From the NCBI GenBank assembly GCA_965203515.1, contig OZ241907.1:1792001-1856000 (forward strand): 64,000 nucleotides of DNA, given 5' to 3'. The notes under the pieces were generated by a model. It was not told the DNA's origin. It ran no database searches and was given only the letters and a program-made list of their open reading frames with translations. Position numbers and translations under genes: made by a program. This DNA comes from Spirochaetia bacterium. GTDB taxonomy: Bacteria; Spirochaetota; Spirochaetia; SZUA-6; Bin103. Shown here in pieces: positions 56,709-64,000 of this stretch. Positions within the stretch are counted from its first letter, which is position 1, and each line of letters begins with the position of its first letter.

Positions 56709-59700
56709 TCATCTTTCCTGAGCGGGATCACGTGATAATGCCTTTTCGAGCTGAGCAGCTTCCGTAACTCCAGCGCTGACCAAGGCGTCAACGAGATGGT
56801 CAACGCGGTCACGTAACGGGCCGTGATGGAGCAAGGGAGGGCGCTGCTGTCGGATTACTTCAATCAAGGAGCAGAGCCGTTTTCCCGCATCGTAGTCAAT
56901 CCAGAACATACTGTCTTCGGATTGTGTCTTCATCCACGCTTCGGCCGCTTCTACTATGAATTCCAAGTACGCCGGCCGTGGGCTGATCTCTAACAGACTT
57001 AAGGTTACGTGATAGCAGCCGACCCGGTCGGCCATTGGCTGGAGCGTAGGAAGAAGCGGATCGCAAAGGTCGGCGTCATCAGAACTCAGAAGACATCGCT
57101 GGGGCTGGCTATACCCGTCAGCCCAAAACAACGCCGCCATCGCACGGTGGAGGCTCGTCTCCACCCGCATCGATCCAGCGTCCCATCGACGCCACCCTCG
57201 GCTTTGCGTAAGCCGACGAACGAGGGCCGAACGAATATGAACCGCTTGCCTCTCGTTCATACCAAGGCGTCCGAAGTAGAGCCTGTCTACGTTCAAGATG
57301 AATTGCTCAGTAACATCGAAGAACGGTCTGTCCGGCAGAGACGTGATGAGGTTCAGTGCAAACTGGTCCATGTCTGCCGGCTCCAGGCCAGGCATGCAAT
57401 GAGCCAGTAGCTTGAAGTAGGCTTCGTTCCATTCGTATATCCCCTGATTGAATCTCATCGTGTCGTCCGGGGCGTCCCCGTTCGCGGCAGCGGTCCATCG
57501 GGCGTATGTATCGGCCATTATGCGCAGCCATGGGCGAGTATGGACGTCAAGAATATCGGACGCACTCATTAGCCATCTCGTAGCGGAGTAGATGTCAACT
57601 CTCTCTTGGAGTCGCTTAAGAGAAGGTAGGGAGTCTGCTTCATCGGTAGGCCACATCGGCTCTCCGCCATTGCCGTCCATCCAGGATAATTCGGAGTCGA
57701 TGGCTATATCGGAGATAAGTGATGTGATTTCCCGTGGTCCTTCGACGTTACTACGACGGATGCATGCCGCAAATGCCGTCCTCAGTATGGCCGTCGGCAA
57801 GCGCTCGTCGATCGCTGCAAGGACATCAGCAACTGCACGAAATCCAGGTGCAGCGGCTCCGTCACTTCGCGCACAGAGGCCAAGGACGGCTTGACGGCCA
57901 TGTCTGCTGTCGCAATGTGTGAGCAGGTGAGCCCATCCCACCAGTGCGATCGCTACTGGATTGGACCAGAGACTTAAGCCGTCGACATCTATTTTGTGCG
58001 CCTGAGACGCACTATCGAAAACCTCTACTGCCCACGTTTCGTTACGGTCTCGCAGATCGTCATCGCCATCTCTCATCGTAAGCACAGCAGCAGCTACGAC
58101 TATCCAGTGATACTCCTTTGTTAATGGTTTACCTCTGGCCCATGTTGCAGCCGCGGCCGCAAGTTCGGGTGATGACAGCTTCCGATTACGTACCGCTAGC
58201 TTGATTGTACTCTGAAGATTGAACTCGGAATACTGTCTATCGAAATCATCACGTAGACGCTTGAGATGATGCTTTTCGACGTCTGGACTACTGTACCACA
58301 GGCTACCAGTTTGTTCGTCAACATTCCAGTTATTGGGGTCTATCTGATTAAGAGCGTGGAAGACCATGAAGTCCGGGTCCGCCAGGTTCGAGCGGTTGCC
58401 GTACGGTCTAAGCCGATCTTCCGCTGCGTGGAGCAGAGACGCGAGGCGATCGCGCTGTTCTGGGGGCGGGGTAGTAGCGTAGAATCCAACAAGATCAAGA
58501 AGCGAAGACTGCCGAGCGCCGCTATCCTGGACTGTGTCAAGACTCGTGCTCAGTATATGATCCAGACACAGGAGTTCGGGGCAGGCGGCAAACGGAATCG
58601 CTACCTCGCGCGACATTGGCCAGTGCTTGCACAGAAGGTCAACAGCAACGAGCAGATAGGCCGCTGCAGTACTTGATGGCCTAAGTACATCAGCAAGCAC
58701 CGCCTTGATAGGGTCGCCCTGTTCAATCCGCCGGTGTCCCCACTTCTCTAAGGCCATCAGCGCGGTAGTCACGACCGACTCGGGACATCGAAACGATCTC
58801 GCCCATCCATACGAATCGAGCCGCGAGAATATTCGACGACCGCCCACAAGCGGAATAGTGAATGTCACGGACGTGTCGGCGCGGTCGTCATAGAACGACA
58901 CTGCGTGATCAACGATCTGGCGAACCAGTTTTAACCCCACGGGTGGAGCATGGCTAAGCAGGTCAAGGAACGGTCCCAGGTCGGGCGACGGGCGCACGAA
59001 AAGATTCTGGTGCTCAAAGGCTCTGCGATGGGGAGATGAATGGGGCTCTTCTCGCTTCGGCTTGGGTAGCAGCGCCGCGATAGTAAAGTGAGCAAGTTCC
59101 TTAGGAGCAGCGCGGGCAAGAGAACCGGGCTTCCCAAGAACGCTATCGATCAGGATAGAAAACTTCCGACGGGTCTCCAAGGACTGCAGGTATTTTACGG
59201 CGAGTGGCGGGTTATGATGACAGAATAAAAGGAAATAGCTGCGGATATGAGTCTCCAATACATCATAGTTGCTCAAGGTACCACCAAAGGGTTTTTGCAG
59301 CTGCCGAATATGATCCGGATAGTGCGCATCTTCGATCTCGGTTAGGCGGCGGTAGAACCACGATACCAACCTCGGGGTAATACGATCCTCGTCGGGGATA
59401 CACCAAGCGTCAAGGATGCACCATTCGGCGTACAACCTTGCCACATCTGGTATCATCACGGACGGAAGTCGCGGGTCCATACTGAGTAACCACTCGATCA
59501 GTCGCCACCACGATGGCGCCCCGGGAAGGTACAAATCTTCTGGGATTATCTTGGGATCAGCGCCCGGTGCGGCGAATTCGCGGGCGGGAACGGCGTCGAC
59601 GGCCATTACGGCTTTAATGAGCTCGCGGAGGACGCGTGCCTCATCGGCCAATAGGTGATTGGAGACACGCTTCAAGAGATTAATCGAGATCTCCGATCGG

Positions 59701-61625
59701 ACGGGAGCCAGAAGCACGGCTCGGCGCCATGAGTGGTGTGCTTCGTCTCGGCTGACCTCTTCGAGCAGTGCTTGCCAATCGGTGTCATCGACGCAACGTT
59801 CGAGCGACATGCGCGCCGTAAGTTCGACGCCACGTACAAGAGCGGCGGGAACGGCCCGGTCCAGTTCAAGCTGTCTTCGAGTGTCGGGTCTTGAGTACAA
59901 GACGTTCGCGAGCGCCCAATCGCGGTATATGTCGTGGCGAAACATCATACGTTCGCCACCGAGGTCTCTCAGAGTCTGGCTTTCGACGAGAGCGTCGACT
60001 ACGCGCGAGGGGTAGCGGCTTGAGTCCGTCGGTTCGATGCCGGCAATCGCTTGCTCAGCGAGATGGAGCAAGAGTCTTGATCTGTCGCGGCGACCATCAG
60101 ATTCGCCGTCGGCAGTTTGCCACCAACGCTCGGCCAAATCTATCTCGGTGCGTGGACGTTCGTTGTCGGGGTACGCTGCCAAGCGGGAGAGACGGAACAG
60201 GTTACGAGCTACGTTGCGAGCTGGATGTGACTCGGCCAGAAGTGGGCCTAGTTTGGGCGCGGCGCTGACGATTTCATTGACTTCGATTTCATTTAGTTCA
60301 TTGATATGGACGTCGTCATGGCGGAGGGTCGCGAGCGCTTCGTCTGGGAGCCAGTTGGGTTCGTCCCCGCGTCCAAAGTCGCTCCGTGCAGTTACGATCA
60401 AGGCGATACCCCGTATCTTCGCCGCTTCGCGTACCAAGTCTCGGACGGTGGTACGCTCTTCCTGAGAAAAGAAGTCGAGACCGTCGAGGAAGATCGTAGT
60501 ACTCCCGGCGCCGGTCATGTCTATCAAGAGGTCATGAGCGGTGCCTTCGAGACCGAGCACAGCCCTCATCTGTGTCCAGCCACCGGCAGGTGTGCGGCCA
60601 GGACTGAGGACGATGATCGGGGCCTCGGCCGACAGTTGTTCCGCGAAGTGTTTCAAAAGCGCCGACTTGCCGACTCCGGCATCACCGCGTATTTCTACGT
60701 ATCGGCCTTGGTCCAGCACTGCGTGGACTGCCGACATTCTTTCGGCTCGTATCAGCGTGACTCCGCCGACGCGGTCCTCGATGTCATCAAGTGCATGACG
60801 GGAGGCTTCGGCGAGAGATCGGCGTGCATCCCGGTACCCTCGGCGACCGGCTAGCCGAAACGATCCCTCTCGTAGACGCTCGATCAGTCGGTCGCGGGTA
60901 AGGTCTCCGCCGGCAGCCTCGGTCTCGATTGCAAGCTCCACAAGTCGCCGGTGGAAATCACGGGCCCGCGGTCGATCACCGTCGTCAAGCGCTTGAGACG
61001 ATCGTTCGTTGTCCCACGCCTCAGATAGCGATCCGGGTGCGCCGTAGTCAAACTGGAGAATCTGGAAGCGTGATAACAGATGATGTACAGTTGCATCGTC
61101 GTGCTGTGCTTGCGCTACGCGGAGGTTCTCTCTGAACGTGTCTACGAACGTCCGCATGGGCTTGTTGGCGGCGCCAGACCGAAAGAGCCGACCCATGAAC
61201 GTTTGAGCGGAGTCGACCCGCCGTGCCCACGTCAGGACGTCTTGATAGGGTCCGGCGACCTTTTGCGATCCACGGGAGATCGCCACTGCGAGCTGATGAT
61301 TGGTGGTCCGAAATGCCGGTCTTCGAGACGCTTCGGCAACTTGGCCAACGACCTCCCGAAACACGCGATCCGAAGGCGCGAAGGTGACGCTGCGTTTGAC
61401 CTGAATTTCCAGCAGAGTCGCGCATCCCTGGTTGTCGTGGGCGTGTACGACAATGTCATCGAGCGGATGACCCTCCGCACGTCTCTGAAACTCGATGTGG
61501 TCAATGACGACGCCAGGTAGGCCGCGGGGATCGCTGTCAATCAGCATCGACAGCAAGTAGTGGGCGCCGACCTGACCTTCGAAATGAGCGCCGGCGGGTC
61601 CGGTGGATGCAGGACTCGTACTCAT
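56709..61625 (-). CDS. Large nuclease-STAND/NACHT-like ATPase (Avs-like candidate antiphage protein), 1638 aa
   Basis: Start at ATG 61625. N-terminal PLDD…EIQVK (PD-(D/E)XK-like), Walker A GDAGVGKS, Walker B IFLDGLD, FRHD, then a long helical-looking C-terminus. Low GC. Confidence 0.75.
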   Translation of the reverse strand: MSTSPASTGPAGAHFEGQVGAHYLLSMLIDSDPRGLPGVVIDHIEFQRRAEGHPLDDIVVHAHDNQGCATLLEIQVKRSVTFAPSDRVFREVVGQVAEASRRPAFRTTNHQLAVAISRGSQKVAGPYQDVLTWARRVDSAQTFMGRLFRSGAANKPMRTFVDTFRENLRVAQAQHDDATVHHLLSRFQILQFDYGAPGSLSEAWDNERSSQALDDGDRPRARDFHRRLVELAIETEAAGGDLTRDRLIERLREGSFRLAGRRGYRDARRSLAEASRHALDDIEDRVGGVTLIRAERMSAVHAVLDQGRYVEIRGDAGVGKSALLKHFAEQLSAEAPIIVLSPGRTPAGGWTQMRAVLGLEGTAHDLLIDMTGAGSTTIFLDGLDFFSQEERTTVRDLVREAAKIRGIALIVTARSDFGRGDEPNWLPDEALATLRHDDVHINELNEIEVNEIVSAAPKLGPLLAESHPARNVARNLFRLSRLAAYPDNERPRTEIDLAERWWQTADGESDGRRDRSRLLLHLAEQAIAGIEPTDSSRYPSRVVDALVESQTLRDLGGERMMFRHDIYRDWALANVLYSRPDTRRQLELDRAVPAALVRGVELTARMSLERCVDDTDWQALLEEVSRDEAHHSWRRAVLLAPVRSEISINLLKRVSNHLLADEARVLRELIKAVMAVDAVPAREFAAPGADPKIIPEDLYLPGAPSWWRLIEWLLSMDPRLPSVMIPDVARLYAEWCILDAWCIPDEDRITPRLVSWFYRRLTEIEDAHYPDHIRQLQKPFGGTLSNYDVLETHIRSYFLLFCHHNPPLAVKYLQSLETRRKFSILIDSVLGKPGSLARAAPKELAHFTIAALLPKPKREEPHSSPHRRAFEHQNLFVRPSPDLGPFLDLLSHAPPVGLKLVRQIVDHAVSFYDDRADTSVTFTIPLVGGRRIFSRLDSYGWARSFRCPESVVTTALMALEKWGHRRIEQGDPIKAVLADVLRPSSTAAAYLLVAVDLLCKHWPMSREVAIPFAACPELLCLDHILSTSLDTVQDSGARQSSLLDLVGFYATTPPPEQRDRLASLLHAAEDRLRPYGNRSNLADPDFMVFHALNQIDPNNWNVDEQTGSLWYSSPDVEKHHLKRLRDDFDRQYSEFNLQSTIKLAVRNRKLSSPELAAAAATWARGKPLTKEYHWIVVAAAVLTMRDGDDDLRDRNETWAVEVFDSASQAHKIDVDGLSLWSNPVAIALVGWAHLLTHCDSRHGRQAVLGLCARSDGAAAPGFRAVADVLAAIDERLPTAILRTAFAACIRRSNVEGPREITSLISDIAIDSELSWMDGNGGEPMWPTDEADSLPSLKRLQERVDIYSATRWLMSASDILDVHTRPWLRIMADTYARWTAAANGDAPDDTMRFNQGIYEWNEAYFKLLAHCMPGLEPADMDQFALNLITSLPDRPFFDVTEQFILNVDRLYFGRLGMNERQAVHIRSALVRRLTQSRGWRRWDAGSMRVETSLHRAMAALFWADGYSQPQRCLLSSDDADLCDPLLPTLQPMADRVGCYHVTLSLLEISPRPAYLEFIVEAAEAWMKTQSEDSMFWIDYDAGKRLCSLIEVIRQQRPPLLHHGPLRDRVDHLVDALVSAGVTEAAQLEKALSRDPAQER

Positions 61626-61868
61626 GAACAGGTCCGAGGCGTGAAGTCCGTGCCGGCGACGCCGACGAGCGGTGCATCGATGGCGACAGCTGCGCTGTGG
61701 TGTAAGTCTATCGTGATGCTGGACATCCGTGACACCTATCGCCTGCCTCACTGTCGAGGCACAGAGGTAGTATACTGAACCGGCGCACGCAGGGAATGCG
61801 AGCCGAAGGCGACGGCCCGGAGCCGGCCGGCGCGCCGGTGACTCGCTACCCGGCCCGCCGCCTGCCGA

Positions 61869-64000
61869 ATGGACCAGAAGCATCTCTCCGAGCGTGACGT
61901 CTGCACGACGTTGATCACGCCGGCCCTGCGCCGGGCCGGGTGGGACGAGAGCGCGCAGATCCGCCGGGAGGTGAGCTTTACCAAGGGGCGCATCACCGTG
62001 CGCGGCCGGCTGGTCAGCCGCGGCCAGGGGAAGCGGGCCGACTACGTCCTCTACTACAAGCCCAACCTCCCGCTCGCCGTGATCGAGGCCAAGGATGGCG
62101 CCCACGCCGCCGGCGACGGCATGCAGCAGGCGCTCGACTACGCCGAGACCCTGAACGTGCCGTTCGTGTTCTCGTCCAACGGCGCGGGCTTCCTGTTCCA
62201 CGACCGCACCGGGACCGGCGCCGCGCGCGAAACCGTCCTGGCCCGCGACGCCTTTCCCTCGCCTGCCCGCCTGTGGGAACGCTATCGCGCCTGGAAGGGG
62301 CTGACGCCCGAAAGCGAGGCGGTCGTCCTGCACGACTATTTCGACGACGCCGGCGGCAAGGCGCCGCGCTACTATCAGGTCAACGCGATCAACGCCGCGG
62401 TCGAGGCTATCGCCAAGGGGCGGCAGCGCATCCTGCTGGTCATGGCGACCGGGACCGGCAAGACCTACACCGCCTTTCAGATCATCTGGCGGCTGTGGAA
62501 GGCCGGGCGCAAGAAGCGCATCCTGTTCCTGGCCGACCGCAACGTGCTGGTCGATCAGACCATGGTCAACGACTTCCGGCCGTTCGGTCCGGCCATGACC
62601 AAACTGTCGTCCCGAGCCGGGACCATCGCGCGCGCCCCTGCCGGCGACCACGGCCGCGGCCGCCGCATCGACACCTCCTACGAGGTCTATCTCGGACTCT
62701 ATCAGGCGCTCACCGGACCGGAAGAGCGGCACAAGGTCTTTCGCGAGTTTTCTCGCGACTTCTTCGATCTGGTCGTGATCGACGAGTGCCATCGCGGCAG
62801 CGCCGCGGCCGACTCGGCTTGGCGCGAGATACTGGAACATTTCTCGTCCGCCACCCAGATCGGTCTCACCGCCACGCCGAAGGAGACGCACTACGTCTCC
62901 AACGTCGACTACTTCGGCGCACCCGTGTACACCTACTCGCTGAAGCAGGGCATCCGGGACGGCTTCCTGGCACCCTACAAGGTGATCAAGGTGCACGTCG
63001 ACCGCGACGTCGAGGGGTACCGCCCCGAGCAGGGGCAACTCGACCGCGACGGCGCCGAGATCGAGGACCGCATCTACAACACCACCGACTTCGACCGCGT
63101 GCTGGTCCTGGACGAGCGCACCAGACTGGTGGCGCGCAAGGTCACGGAGTACCTGCGGGAGAGCGGCGACCGCTTCGCCAAGACGATCGTGTTCTGCGTG
63201 GACCAGGAACACGCCGGGCGCATGCGTCAGGCGCTCGTCAACGAGAACGCCGACCTGATGGCGCGCAACCACCGCTACGTGATGCGCATCACCGGCGGCG
63301 ACGCGCCGGGCCAGGCGGAGCTGGGCAACTTCATCGACCCCGAATCCCGCTATCCCGCGCTGGTCACCACCTCGCGCCTGCTCTCCACCGGCGTCGACGT
63401 GCGGACCTGCCGGCTGATCGTGCTCGACCGCATCGTCGGTTCGATGACCGAATTCAAGCAGATCCTCGGGCGCGGCACCCGCATCCACGAAGAGACCGGC
63501 AAGCTCTACTTCACCCTGATCGACTTCCGCGGCGCCGCGGATCACTTCGCCGATCCCGAGTTCGACGGCGAGCCGGCGCAGGTCTACGAGCCGGAGGAGG
63601 GCGGCGGCATCACCCCGCCCGACGAACAGGAAGCCGAGCCTGACGGCGCTCCTGATGTTCTGCCGGAGCCGAGCGGCGGCGCCGCGCGCAAGGTCTTCGT
63701 GGACGGGGTGAACGCGGAAGTCATCGCCGAGCGGGTCGAGTACCTGGATCAGGCCGGCCGGCTGGTGACCGAGTCGCTACGCGACTTTACCCGGAAGGCG
63801 CTGCGCAAGCGCTTTGCCAGTCTCGACGACTTCCTGAAGCGCTGGCACGCGGCCGACCGCAAGCAGGCGATCGTCGAAGAGTTGGCCGCGGAGGGACTGA
63901 CCGTAGCCCTGCTGGAGGAATTGGGCCGGGACCTCGACCCCTTCGACCTGATCTGCCACGTCGCCTTCGACGCCAAGCCGCTGACCAGACGGGAGCGGGC
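61869..64000 (+). CDS. hsdR: Type I restriction enzyme R subunit (EcoAI-like), 3' end runs off the window
   Basis: Read by hand: [18 protein letters not shown]…[23 protein letters not shown] and QILGRGTR motifs. Confidence 0.93.
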   Translation, partial: MDQKHLSERDVCTTLITPALRRAGWDESAQIRREVSFTKGRITVRGRLVSRGQGKRADYVLYYKPNLPLAVIEAKDGAHAAGDGMQQALDYAETLNVPFVFSSNGAGFLFHDRTGTGAARETVLARDAFPSPARLWERYRAWKGLTPESEAVVLHDYFDDAGGKAPRYYQVNAINAAVEAIAKGRQRILLVMATGTGKTYTAFQIIWRLWKAGRKKRILFLADRNVLVDQTMVNDFRPFGPAMTKLSSRAGTIARAPAGDHGRGRRIDTSYEVYLGLYQALTGPEERHKVFREFSRDFFDLVVIDECHRGSAAADSAWREILEHFSSATQIGLTATPKETHYVSNVDYFGAPVYTYSLKQGIRDGFLAPYKVIKVHVDRDVEGYRPEQGQLDRDGAEIEDRIYNTTDFDRVLVLDERTRLVARKVTEYLRESGDRFAKTIVFCVDQEHAGRMRQALVNENADLMARNHRYVMRITGGDAPGQAELGNFIDPESRYPALVTTSRLLSTGVDVRTCRLIVLDRIVGSMTEFKQILGRGTRIHEETGKLYFTLIDFRGAADHFADPEFDGEPAQVYEPEEGGGITPPDEQEAEPDGAPDVLPEPSGGAARKVFVDGVNAEVIAERVEYLDQAGRLVTESLRDFTRKALRKRFASLDDFLKRWHAADRKQAIVEELAAEGLTVALLEELGRDLDPFDLICHVAFDAKPLTRRER

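Noticed and set aside
61626..63545. 5' extension making ORF 56709..63545 a 2278-aa protein
   Set aside because: The extension is mostly the antisense shadow of hsdR. Credible protein starts at ATG 61625.
1..64000. tRNA, rRNA, IS elements, integrase or prophage
   Set aside because: I recognised no such motifs, and the intergenic gaps are short. A covariance-model search was not possible, so small ncRNAs cannot be excluded.

Overview
Very GC-rich (roughly 70% by eye) bacterial DNA with about 50 genes. I saw no rRNA, tRNA, CRISPR array or transposase. The substrate-binding-protein leader and gene content suggest a Spirochaetota-like, possibly marine-invertebrate-associated organism (weak inference). 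Most of the window is carbohydrate and sugar-acid catabolism: ABC transporters, a sulfatase, two GH20 enzymes, a heparinase II/III-like lyase, a YetA/PcRGLX-like protein, five paralogous uncharacterised beta-propeller proteins, oxidoreductases and two PhyH dioxygenases. Lower-GC defence or conflict modules are interspersed: VapBC beside an AAA/DUF4143 ATPase, an ABC-ATPase plus DUF4276/TOPRIM-like pair (PARIS-like), and an MTase plus small nuclease plus ASCH trio. A right-end defence island holds Septu-like PtuAB, HigBA with an apparently truncated toxin, a 1638-aa nuclease-STAND (Avs-like) protein and type I R-M hsdR. Other oddities are an ArsP-type permease fused to a CRTAC1/ASPIC-UnbV domain, many apparently leaderless promoters, short tandem duplications at gene starts, and two frameshifted genes. 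All family calls come from motif recognition by eye, not database searches.
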